A DNA stretch of 20,000 bases from Halorarum halobium (GTDB lineage: Archaea > Halobacteriota > Halobacteria > Halobacteriales > Haloferacaceae): positions 176,100-196,099 of the forward strand of contig NZ_CP134951.1 in the NCBI RefSeq assembly GCF_032116555.1. The letters run 5' to 3'. The position numbers and the translations under genes are program-made. Positions 8,019-16,634 of this stretch are shown here, piece after piece (the stretch's first letter is position 1; the number at the start of each line of letters is the position of its first letter). The notes under the pieces are model-generated. The model was not told where the DNA came from. It did not search any database and saw only the letters and a list, made by a program, of their open reading frames with translations.

Positions 8019-8157
8019 GCGTTCACCGGAGAGAGTTCGCCGCTCGGATAAAAAGGCGCGGGCGACGGGTCGGGGGGCCGACATCGATCTCCCGTGACGG
8101 GGACCGCGATCTCCGACGCCGGGCGGACTCGCCGCCGGAGGGCCGAATCCGGCCGTG

Positions 8158-8174
8158 TTCACATGTTAACCCGG
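8158..8174. promoter_or_regulatory. Putative transcription-factor operator (copy 2) upstream of the ABC-transporter operon
   Basis: TTCACATGTTAACCCGG ends 35 nt before the ATG at 8210 and is identical (reverse complement) to 2322-2338. Confidence 0.7.
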
Positions 8175-8209
8175 CAGTATTTGGGGTATCCTTTTATAGA
8201 ACACTCCGT

Positions 8210-9634
8210 ATGAGCCAGCGTATCACACGGCGCCGGGCCATCGCGGCGATCGGCGCGGCGGGCGTCACCGGCCTCGCGGGCTGTTCCGGGGGCGGGGACG
8301 GGACCGACACGCCGACCGACGCCAGTGGCGGGAACGACACGGGGACGACGCAGAACGGGACAACAATGGGAGATTCAGGCGGCGCGTCCGGGTCGGTGAA
8401 GATCGGGGTTCTCCAGCCGATTTCGGGGGATCTCCAGTACTACGGCCAGCAGTCGGTGTGGGGCTTCTCGTCGGGGCTCGCCTACAAGGCGGGTACGGAG
8501 CCGCAGGTCGCCGCCGAGTCCGGGAGCCAGACGGTCACCGTCGGCGACGTCGACTACGAACTGCTCGTCCGCGACAGCGGCTTCTCGGCCGACCAGGCCC
8601 AGTCGCTCGCGACGAACCTCGTCACCGACGAGGAGGTCGACATGCTGTTCGGCTGTGCCTCCTCGGGGGCGGCGACGCGGGTGAGCGAGCAGGTCGCCCA
8701 GCAGGCCGACGTCCCGTACATGATGGGCCCGGCGGCCTCCGCGGCCGCGACCGCCGAGCAGTCGAGCTGTGGCGACATGATCTTCCGCGCCTCCGAGAAC
8801 ACGGCGATGGACGCCCGCTCGGGCGGGAAGTACGTCGCCCAGGAGTCGGACGTCTCGACGGTGTACCTGTTCGGCGCGGACTACTCGTTCGGCCGCGCGG
8901 TCGTGAACAACTACGAGGACGTGCTCACCGAGGAGGGCGTCGAGATCGTCGGCAAGCGCTTCGTCCCGCAGGGGTACAGCGAGTGGGAGGGCCTGCTCGA
9001 CAACGCCGCCGAGGCGGGCGCCGAGGGCATCGTCACCGGGTTCACGGTCGCCACGCTCCCCAACCTGTTCACGACGTTCCTCAACGGCGACTACGAGTTC
9101 CGCGCGTTCGGCGGCATCGCCACCGAGATCACCAACGCGGTCATCGGCGGTCTGCTCCAGAACTCGCTCGGCGAGCCGCTCACCCAGGAGAAGCTCGACG
9201 GGCTCGGCATGGGGCCGTTCACGACGCGCTACCACTGGAACCAGTACGACAACGAGATCAACACGACGTTCGTCGAGGGGTACACGAACGCGTACGGCAA
9301 AGTGCCGGACCTGTTCAGTTCGGGCACGTTCGCGGCCGCCTCGGCCATCGTGCAGGCCGTCGAGGCGGGCGGCTCCACCGAGGGGGCCGACATCGCCGCG
9401 GAGCTCACCGGCATGACGATCGCCGAGACGCCGAAGGGGACGGACGCCTACACGTTCCAGGAGTACAACGGGCAGGCCCGCTCGGAGATGACCGTCGCCA
9501 ACCTCGTCCCGACCGCCGACGAGTGGAGCGAGTCGTGGGGGTCGGCCGTCCAGCCCGGCGAGCCGACCGCGCGCATCCCCGCCGACCAGACGACCATCCC
9601 GGCCGACGCGGACGGGATGAACTGCTCGCTGTAG
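8210..9634 (+). CDS. ABC transporter substrate-binding lipoprotein, LivJ/K (HAAT) family, TAT-exported
   Basis: TRRR twin-arginine signal plus LAGC lipobox; 'VKIGVLQPISG', 'ADYSFGR'; first gene of a Liv-type operon. Confidence 0.92.
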   Translation: MSQRITRRRAIAAIGAAGVTGLAGCSGGGDGTDTPTDASGGNDTGTTQNGTTMGDSGGASGSVKIGVLQPISGDLQYYGQQSVWGFSSGLAYKAGTEPQVAAESGSQTVTVGDVDYELLVRDSGFSADQAQSLATNLVTDEEVDMLFGCASSGAATRVSEQVAQQADVPYMMGPAASAAATAEQSSCGDMIFRASENTAMDARSGGKYVAQESDVSTVYLFGADYSFGRAVVNNYEDVLTEEGVEIVGKRFVPQGYSEWEGLLDNAAEAGAEGIVTGFTVATLPNLFTTFLNGDYEFRAFGGIATEITNAVIGGLLQNSLGEPLTQEKLDGLGMGPFTTRYHWNQYDNEINTTFVEGYTNAYGKVPDLFSSGTFAAASAIVQAVEAGGSTEGADIAAELTGMTIAETPKGTDAYTFQEYNGQARSEMTVANLVPTADEWSESWGSAVQPGEPTARIPADQTTIPADADGMNCSL

Positions 9635-10501
9635 ATGCTGCGGACCCGAGGGCTCACCAGACGGTTCGGCGGTCTCACGGCCGTCGACGACGTGGGCCTG
9701 GCGCTCGGGGAGGACGAACTCTGTTCGCTCATCGGTCCCAACGGGGCCGGCAAGACCACCTTCTTCAACCTCCTCACGGGGGCGCTCGACCCCTCGGAGG
9801 GAACCGTCGAGCTCCGGACCGGCCGGGCCGGCGGGAACGCTGAATCCGACGACGCCGGCGTCGACGCGGACGGCTGGCGCGACGTCACCGGCGCGTCCCC
9901 CCACGAGGTGGCCTCCATGGGCGTCCACCGGTCCTACCAGATCACGAACGTCTTCCCCGCGAGCACCGTGCTAGAGAACGTCCGCGTCGCCGCGCAGGCG
10001 GCCGGCCCCGACGCCGCGAACTTCTGGCGCAACGCCGGCCAGCTGGACAGGTATCTCGACGAGGCGTACGCCGTCCTCGACCGCGTCGGCCTCGCCGACC
10101 GCGCCGAGGAGCCGGCGAGCGCGCTCTCCCACGGCGCGAAACGGCAACTGGAGGTCGGCATCGCGCTCGCGGGCGACCCGGACGTCCTGCTGCTCGACGA
10201 GCCGAACGCCGGGGTCTCCTCCGAGAGCGTCGACCGCGTCGTCGACCTCATCGAGGACGTCGCGGCCGACCACGCCGTGCTGCTGGTCGAGCACAACATG
10301 GACATCGTGATGGAGGTCTCCGACCGCGTGGTCGTGCTCAACCAGGGCGCGGTCATCGCTGACGACGAGCCGGCGGCGGTCCGCGAGGACCCGGCGGTCC
10401 AGGAGGCGTATCTGGGCGGCTACGAGCCCGGCACCGCCGGCAGCGACGCCGACGGTGAGGCCGACGAATCGGGGGCCGCGACGGGAGGTGAGGCCGCGTG
10501 A
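9635..10501 (+). CDS. livG: Liv-type ABC transporter ATP-binding protein
   Basis: GPNGAGKTT Walker A, LSHG signature, LLLDEP, EHNM, C-terminal 'VQEAYLG'. Confidence 0.92.
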   Translation: MLRTRGLTRRFGGLTAVDDVGLALGEDELCSLIGPNGAGKTTFFNLLTGALDPSEGTVELRTGRAGGNAESDDAGVDADGWRDVTGASPHEVASMGVHRSYQITNVFPASTVLENVRVAAQAAGPDAANFWRNAGQLDRYLDEAYAVLDRVGLADRAEEPASALSHGAKRQLEVGIALAGDPDVLLLDEPNAGVSSESVDRVVDLIEDVAADHAVLLVEHNMDIVMEVSDRVVVLNQGAVIADDEPAAVREDPAVQEAYLGGYEPGTAGSDADGEADESGAATGGEAA

Positions 10502-11232
10502 GTTCGGACGCCGACGCTCCGACTCGGGGCGGCACACCGCTGCTCGAACTCGAAGGCGTCCGGACGTACTACGGCGAGAGCCACGTGCTCGAGGGCGTCG
10601 ACCTGGAGGTCCGCGAGGGCGAGGTCGTCGCGCTGATGGGCCGGAACGGCGTCGGCAAGACGACGACGCTCCGCTCGGTGCTCCAGCTCACCCCGCCGCG
10701 CGAGGGCTCGGTGCGCCTGCGCGGCGAGGAACTCGTCGGGCGCGGCACCCACGAGGTCGCCGACCGCGGCGTCGGCTGGATCCCGGAGGACCGCCGGATG
10801 TTCGCCCAGCTCACCGTCGAGGAGAACGTCCGCGTCGCGGTGCCCGACGGCGACGCGACCGACGAGGGGCTGGAACTCGCCTTCAAGACGTTCCCCGACC
10901 TCGCGGAGCGCCGCGAGGCGAAGGCGGGCGACCTCTCGGGCGGGCAACAGCAGATGCTCGCCATCGCCCGGGGGCTCGTCGGCGGGAACGACCTGCTGCT
11001 CGTCGACGAGCCGAGCGAGGGACTGGCCCCGCAGATCGTCGAGGCCGTCGCCGACGCGCTCGCCGACGCCGCCAGCGACACGACGATGCTGCTGGTCGAA
11101 CAGAACCTCCCGCTCGCGCTCGACGTCGCCGACCGCTTCTACGTGCTCGATCACGGCACGGTCGTCGACGAGGGCGACACGGCGGCGGTCGACGCCGACT
11201 CCGACCGGCTCAGGAGGTACCTCTCGGCATGA
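10498..11232 (+). CDS. livF: Liv-type ABC transporter ATP-binding protein
   Basis: GRNGVGKTT, LSGGQQQM, DEPSEGLAP, VEQN. GTGA overlap with livG; SD GGAGGTG at 10484-10490. Confidence 0.93.
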   Translation: MSSDADAPTRGGTPLLELEGVRTYYGESHVLEGVDLEVREGEVVALMGRNGVGKTTTLRSVLQLTPPREGSVRLRGEELVGRGTHEVADRGVGWIPEDRRMFAQLTVEENVRVAVPDGDATDEGLELAFKTFPDLAERREAKAGDLSGGQQQMLAIARGLVGGNDLLLVDEPSEGLAPQIVEAVADALADAASDTTMLLVEQNLPLALDVADRFYVLDHGTVVDEGDTAAVDADSDRLRRYLSA

Positions 11233-12305
11233 GCCCCGCGGCTTCCTCCCTCGCCGCCGTCGTCTCGGCTGGAAGCTCCCTCGCCGTGACGCTGTCGGCG
11301 GTCGACTCGGTGACGGTCGCGCCGCTGGTCGTCGACGCCATCGTCGAGTTCCTCTCGCCGAGGACGCTCGCGGAGGTGTTCCTCCGGGGGCTCGCGGAGG
11401 CCGGCCTGTACGTCATGATCGCGGCCGGCCTGACGCTCGTGTTCGGGCTGATGGGCGTGCTCAACTTCGCGCACGGCTCGCTGACGATGATCGGCGCGTA
11501 CCTGGGCAGCCTCGCGCTCGTCGCCACCGTCGGGGGGTCGAGCGGCGCGGCGTTCCGGCTCCTCATGTTCGGCGTCGCGGTCGTCGTCGCCTTCGGCGCG
11601 CTCGCCGCGCTCGGCGGCGCGCTGGAGGTCGGGCTCATCAGGCCCATTTACGACCGGCCGCCGCTGTACCAGATCCTGCTCACGTTCGGCGTGACGCTGA
11701 TGCTCGACGAGATCGCGCGCATCCTCGTGCTGTTCTACGGGCTCCAGCCCACGACCGTCTGGCAGGACGTGCTCGGCACGAAGCCGGCGTTCCTCTCGGA
11801 GACGTACGGCGGCCTGATCGGCGGGCTGGAGCTGTTCCAGCTCCTCTTCGGCCTGCTCACCGTCGTCGGCGTCCACCTGTTCCTCACGCGGACGCGCTAC
11901 GGCCTGTTCGTTCGCGCCGGCAGCGAGGACAGCGAGATGCTGAGCGCGCTCGGCGTCGACGTACGCCGGGTGTTCACCGTCGTGTTCGCGCTCGGCACGG
12001 GGCTCGCGGGCGCCGCGGGCGTGCTGCTCGCGTGGGACTCCGCGTGGGGCGCGTCGGTGCCGCTGGCCGCGGAGACGCTGCTGCCGGCGTTCGTCGTCGT
12101 CATCATCGGCGGGCTGGGGACGTTCCGCGGCACGGTCGTCGCGGCGCTGCTCGTCGGCCTCGTCGACGCGACGATGACCTGGTGGTTCCAGAACTACATC
12201 GCGTTCACGGGCCTCCCCGAGATGACCATCTTCCTCATCCTCGTCGTCATGCTCGTCGTGAAACCGCAGGGCCTGTACGGCGTCTCGGAGGTGGGAGGCC
12301 ATTAG
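11229..12305 (+). CDS. livH: Liv-type ABC transporter permease
   Basis: ATGA overlap start at 11229. 'AAGLTLVFGLMGVLNFAHG', 'TRYGLFVRA', 'IIGGLG', 'KPQGLYG'. Confidence 0.92.
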   Translation: MSPAASSLAAVVSAGSSLAVTLSAVDSVTVAPLVVDAIVEFLSPRTLAEVFLRGLAEAGLYVMIAAGLTLVFGLMGVLNFAHGSLTMIGAYLGSLALVATVGGSSGAAFRLLMFGVAVVVAFGALAALGGALEVGLIRPIYDRPPLYQILLTFGVTLMLDEIARILVLFYGLQPTTVWQDVLGTKPAFLSETYGGLIGGLELFQLLFGLLTVVGVHLFLTRTRYGLFVRAGSEDSEMLSALGVDVRRVFTVVFALGTGLAGAAGVLLAWDSAWGASVPLAAETLLPAFVVVIIGGLGTFRGTVVAALLVGLVDATMTWWFQNYIAFTGLPEMTIFLILVVMLVVKPQGLYGVSEVGGH

Positions 12306-13743
12306 CGACCCCGACCGTCGCGACGTCGGGGCGGGCGATTCGGCCGGCGACGCCCCCGCCGGGTCCGACCGGACCGACGGCGGCGAACCCGCCGACGGCA
12401 ACGCGGGCGTCGACGTGGCGGACGCGAACGACTCCGCCGCGGCCGAAACCGGGACAGGGCGGGCGACCGCCACCGACCCCTGGTACCGTCGCTACGCGCG
12501 CGACCACCTGGTCCACCTCGCGGTGGTGCTGGCGTTCGCGGCCTACCCAGGCGTGTACAGCCTGCTGGTGAACTCGCCGCTGTCTGCCGAGTTCGTCGCG
12601 CTGTTGCCCCGCGTGGAGACGCTGGTCGTCGTGCTGTTCTTCGCGCTGTTCGCCATGTCGTTCGACTTCATCAGCGGCTACACCGGCTACCTCTCGTTCG
12701 GCCACGCGGCGTTCTACGGCACCGGCGCGTACGTCGTCGTGCTCGTGGCCAATGAGAAGCTCGCGGTGACGGTTCCCGTCCTGGGCACCCTGCTCGGGCC
12801 GGAGACGCCGTTCATGCTGCTGCTGGTGCTCGCGGGCGTCGCCGCGGCCGTCGTGGCGCTGGCCATCGGCAGCGTCTCGTTCCGGCTGTCTGGGGTGTAC
12901 TTCGCCATGATCACCCTCGGCTTCTCGCAGGTGCTGTACGTGTTCGTCCGCGGCTGGGACTTCGTCGGCACCGCACCCCAGGAGGGCATCGCGGTCACCG
13001 GCCCGGTCGGCGGCTTCGAGATCGGCGTCCCGTACGTCGACTCGCTCACCGTCGCCATCGGCCAGTTGACCGGCGACTCCGTCGAGGGCCTGCTCGGGTT
13101 CATCAGCCTGAGCCCGACCGAGGTGTCCTTCTACGCCGTCGGCACGGTGGTGCTGGTCTGTTATCTCCTCATGCAGCGGCTCATCCACTCGCCGTTCGGC
13201 ACGGTGATGCTCGCCATCCGCGAGAACGAGGAACGGGCCCGCGCGGTCGGCTACAACACCTACGCGTACAAGCTGGGCGCGTTCGTGATCTCGGGCTTCT
13301 TCGCCGGCGTCGCCGGCGCGCTGTTCGCCGGCTTCCGCCGGTCGGTGACGCCCGAGAACGGGTTCTACTTCCTCGTCGCGGGCGACGCGCTGCTGGCGTC
13401 GATCATCGGCGGGTTCGGCACGCTCGTCGGGCCGCTGTACGGCCACCTGCTCGACGAGGGCGTCCGCGAGTTCCTCTCGAAGGAGGGCGGCGGGGGCGGC
13501 CTGCTCCCGTACCTCCGCGCGAACCTCGGCGAGGACACGTTGGCGACCGAGATCTACAACGGGCTGACGTTCGGCGAGGCGATCGACACGTTCCTCAACG
13601 GCCACGCCGCGCTGTACGTCGGCCTGCTGTTCGTCCTGTTCGTCCTCTACGTGCCCAACGGGCTGCTCGGGACGCTCCGCGACCGGCTCGGCGGCCGGGT
13701 GGCGAAGGCCGCGCCCGCACACGTGCGACGGTGGTTCCAGTGA
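12301..13743 (+). CDS. livM: Liv-type ABC transporter permease (start proposed at ATT 12301; first canonical start is GTG 12415)
   Basis: 'GYTGYLSFGHAAFYG', 'LSGVYFAMITL', 'SPFG...AIRENEERARAVG', 'PNGLLG'. The frame is open from 12262. Confidence 0.88.
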   Translation: MSDPDRRDVGAGDSAGDAPAGSDRTDGGEPADGNAGVDVADANDSAAAETGTGRATATDPWYRRYARDHLVHLAVVLAFAAYPGVYSLLVNSPLSAEFVALLPRVETLVVVLFFALFAMSFDFISGYTGYLSFGHAAFYGTGAYVVVLVANEKLAVTVPVLGTLLGPETPFMLLLVLAGVAAAVVALAIGSVSFRLSGVYFAMITLGFSQVLYVFVRGWDFVGTAPQEGIAVTGPVGGFEIGVPYVDSLTVAIGQLTGDSVEGLLGFISLSPTEVSFYAVGTVVLVCYLLMQRLIHSPFGTVMLAIRENEERARAVGYNTYAYKLGAFVISGFFAGVAGALFAGFRRSVTPENGFYFLVAGDALLASIIGGFGTLVGPLYGHLLDEGVREFLSKEGGGGGLLPYLRANLGEDTLATEIYNGLTFGEAIDTFLNGHAALYVGLLFVLFVLYVPNGLLGTLRDRLGGRVAKAAPAHVRRWFQ

Positions 13744-14804
13744 GCGAGGAGGCCACGGGAGCCCGACCGGACGCCACCCACCTCCGCGAGGTCGGACTCA
13801 CCGGGCTCGGGACGTACGTTCCGGACGAAACGGTCTCCGGCGGGGAGATCGCCGCGGCGAGCGACATCCCGCGGGACGTCGTCGTGGAGAAGATGGGCGT
13901 CCGCGAGAAGCACGTCGCCGCGCCCGACGGGGACCACGTCACGGACATGAGCGTCGCTGCCGCCGAGGAGGCGCTGTCCGACGCCGGCCTCGACGCCGCC
14001 GACCTCGACCTCGTGCTCTATCACGGCAGCGAGTACAAGGACCACGTCGTCTGGTCGGCCGCGGCGAACGTCTGTGACCGCATCGTGGCCGAGGACGCCT
14101 ACGCCCACGAGTCGTACGCGCTCTGTGGCGGCGCGCCCGTCGCCATCCGCCACACGGCCGCACAGCTCCGGACCGGCGACGTCGACACGGCGCTGCTCGT
14201 CACGGCAAGCCGCGAGGAGGACCTGGTCGACTACGGCGACGAGGACGCGAGCTTCATGTTCAACTTCGGCGCCGGCGCGGCCGCGACCGTCCTCGAGGCC
14301 GACCCCCCGGACGACCGCACCCGCGCCGTCGTCCGGGAGTCGGCCGCCCACACCGACGGGAGCTTCTCGATGGACGTGGTGATGCCGGCCGGCGGGTCGA
14401 AGCGGCCGGCCTCGGCCGACACCGTCGCCGAGGGGCTCCACGCCCTCTCGGTCCCCGACCCGGAGGACATGAAGGAGCGGCTCGCCGAGGTGAGCGCCCC
14501 GGCGTTCCTCCGCGTCGCCGACGGGAGCCTGGAGAAGTCGGGGTACGACCGTTCGGACGTCGACTTCGTCGCGCTCACCCACATGAAGCGCTCGTTCCAC
14601 GAGCACCTCGTCTCGGAACTGGGCGTCGGCGAGGACGGCCACCACTACCTCGACGGCTACGGCCACGTCCAGAGCGCCGACCAGGGGCTCGCGCTCCGGG
14701 AAGGGCTGGACTCGGGGCACGTCGAACCGGGCGACGTGGTGCTGTTTCTCGCGGCCGGCACGGGCTACACCTGGGCCGCGACGGTGCTGGAGTGGCGCGG
14801 GTAG
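13740..14804 (+). CDS. 3-oxoacyl-[ACP] synthase III (FabH)-like condensing enzyme, Cys-His-His variant
   Basis: GTGA overlap with livM. 'GLGTYVP', 'KMGVREK', catalytic Cys in 'ALCGG', 'FGAGAAA', His in 'LTHM', 'YGHVQSAD', C-terminal 'AAGTGYTW'. Confidence 0.9.
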   Translation: MSEEATGARPDATHLREVGLTGLGTYVPDETVSGGEIAAASDIPRDVVVEKMGVREKHVAAPDGDHVTDMSVAAAEEALSDAGLDAADLDLVLYHGSEYKDHVVWSAAANVCDRIVAEDAYAHESYALCGGAPVAIRHTAAQLRTGDVDTALLVTASREEDLVDYGDEDASFMFNFGAGAAATVLEADPPDDRTRAVVRESAAHTDGSFSMDVVMPAGGSKRPASADTVAEGLHALSVPDPEDMKERLAEVSAPAFLRVADGSLEKSGYDRSDVDFVALTHMKRSFHEHLVSELGVGEDGHHYLDGYGHVQSADQGLALREGLDSGHVEPGDVVLFLAAGTGYTWAATVLEWRG

Positions 14805-14945
14805 GCGGCCCGTCGTCGCCGCCCGACCCGCCGCTAGCGGGGGCCGGTCCCCCGAAAAGCACTCGAAAACCGGTGTGTGTTCGGCCGGCGGGCGCGGCCT
14901 AGTTCCGGCCACGAACGGCGATCGCCGGACGCTCGGACGGTCGGT

Positions 14946-15785
14946 TCAGTGGACGTCCAGCCCCTCAAAGCGCAGGTAGCCGAACGCGAGCGGAACCGCG
15001 GTCCAGAGCCCGAGGACCACGAAGCCCATCCAGTCCTGGAGGTAGAACGCGCCCCCGGACGGGTAAACGGAGAGCTCGGCGTACTCCGGGATGACGGCCC
15101 TGGCGGCGTGCATGAACGCCGTCGAGGGGTTGAGCAGCCCGAGCAAGAGGAACCAGTCCGGCAACCCGGCCTCCGGGATCTCCTGCCCGTAGACCGCGAG
15201 CTGGAGGAGATACAGGAGGACGTCCCAGCCCAGCAGGAACAGCGAGTACAGCGCGCCGGCGCCGACGAACGCCCGCATCCGGGAGGCCATTCCCGCCGAG
15301 AAGCCGGTCGCGAGCGCGACGTATACCGCGCCGTAGAGCACCGTAATCAGCGTGAGGCGGGCGAACACCGAGACGTCGAACGTGTCGTAGGTGAGGAGCG
15401 CGACCGCCCCCGCCACGGCGTACCCGACCAGTATCGACACGGCGATCACGCCGGTTCGGCCGACGAACTTGCCGAACACGACGTCGGCCCTGGAGTTGGG
15501 AAGCCCGAGCAGGAGTCGAAGGCTGCCGCTCTCCCGCTCGCCGGCGACGGCGTCGTACGCCAGGACGAGCCCGATCAGCGGGACCAGGAACACCGTCGGC
15601 TGTCGCATGCTGTTCAGCAGCGCCAGCGTGTCCGTCCCGAGCGCGGCGTCCCGGTACACGGGCGGGACGAACTGGATCGCGGCGAGCCCGGTCGCGAACA
15701 GCGCGAACAGGAGGGTGAGCCCCACCAGGGAGAACGAGCGGATCGAGTCGTGGAAGTCCTTCCTGCCGACGGCGGACAGACCCAT
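14946..15785 (-). CDS. ABC-2 type transporter permease (NosY-like membrane subunit)
   Basis: ATG at 15785. 'RKDFHDSIRS', 'AYDAVAGERESGSLRLLLGLPNSRADVVFGKFVGR'; about 6 TM segments. Confidence 0.9.
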   Translation of the reverse strand: MGLSAVGRKDFHDSIRSFSLVGLTLLFALFATGLAAIQFVPPVYRDAALGTDTLALLNSMRQPTVFLVPLIGLVLAYDAVAGERESGSLRLLLGLPNSRADVVFGKFVGRTGVIAVSILVGYAVAGAVALLTYDTFDVSVFARLTLITVLYGAVYVALATGFSAGMASRMRAFVGAGALYSLFLLGWDVLLYLLQLAVYGQEIPEAGLPDWFLLLGLLNPSTAFMHAARAVIPEYAELSVYPSGGAFYLQDWMGFVVLGLWTAVPLAFGYLRFEGLDVH

Positions 15786-15873
15786 GATCGACGGTTCCTC
15801 GAACCGCTGTTGAACCTTGTGGAGTCGATCCGCGCCCACCCGGTGGCGAGCGGCACGGCCCGATCCGCTCGGC

Positions 15874-16575
15874 TCAGTCCTGGCCGTACGAGCCCGCCGG
15901 GAACGCCCGCGTCGCGGTCGCCTTGAACGAGGCGACGACCGGCGAGTCCGGGGCGAGCGCGAGGGTGTCGACGCTCGTCCGGGTCACGAGGACGGTCAGG
16001 TCGGCGTCGGCGCCGACGTCGACGACGACCAGCGCGAGCGCGTCGCCCTCGGTGACCTCGCGGACCTCGCCGTTGAACCGGTTCCGGGCGCTCGTCTCCG
16101 TCCCCGGGACGCTTCCGGGCGCGTGGAGCGTGATGGCGTCGGCCCGGACCGCCAGCCGAACGTCCCGGGCGGAGGCGGGGACGATCGCCCGGACGGGCCC
16201 CGCGTCCGTCTCGACCGTCCCGAGTTCCCCGTCCGTCTCGACGACCGTGCCGTCGAGCACCGTCTCCTCGAGTTCGGTCAGGTCGGTGAACTCGGCGGCC
16301 ACCCGGTCGAACTCCGCGAGGAGCCGGTCGGCCGCGTCGGTCAGTGAACTCCCGCCGCCGCCGGACCCACCGCGCTGGCGGTCGACCAGCCGTCCGAACG
16401 CGTCCTCCAGTTCGACGACGCGGCGCTGCGAGCGGGAGTAGGACCGTCCCAGCGCGGTCGCCGCGCCGTTGAGCGACCCGTGCTCGTGGACCGCCCGGAG
16501 CAGCTCCGCGTCGCGCTCGCCGAACTGCACCCCCGCCCCGTCCAGTTGCGTGTCCACGTCGACCTCGAGGTCCAT
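15874..16575 (-). CDS. modE: ModE-like molybdate/tungstate-responsive regulator (wHTH plus TOBE domains)
   Basis: 'LLRAVHEHGSLNGAATALGRSYSR...RQRGGSGGGGSSLT', TOBE 'TSARNRFNG...FKATA'; divergent from the oxyanion transporter. Confidence 0.9.
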   Translation of the reverse strand: MDLEVDVDTQLDGAGVQFGERDAELLRAVHEHGSLNGAATALGRSYSRSQRRVVELEDAFGRLVDRQRGGSGGGGSSLTDAADRLLAEFDRVAAEFTDLTELEETVLDGTVVETDGELGTVETDAGPVRAIVPASARDVRLAVRADAITLHAPGSVPGTETSARNRFNGEVREVTEGDALALVVVDVGADADLTVLVTRTSVDTLALAPDSPVVASFKATATRAFPAGSYGQD

Positions 16576-16604
16576 GCGGTCCCGTCTCCCCCGACGGGCA
16601 AAAC

Positions 16605-16628
16605 GGTTATGCCGAGTCCGAAACAACG
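16605..16628. promoter_or_regulatory. Possible ModE operator
   Basis: GGTTATGC-N8-AAACAACG resembles CGTTATAT-N8-ATATAACG and lies in the ~60-bp gap between modE and wtpA. Confidence 0.5.
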
Positions 16629-16634
16629 ACGGTT

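Noticed and set aside
14838..14858. Hairpin CGGGGG-CCGGT-CCCCCG followed by AAAA as a terminator
   Set aside because: Short GC stem, and the T-tract precedes rather than follows it on the minus strand; too weak to call.
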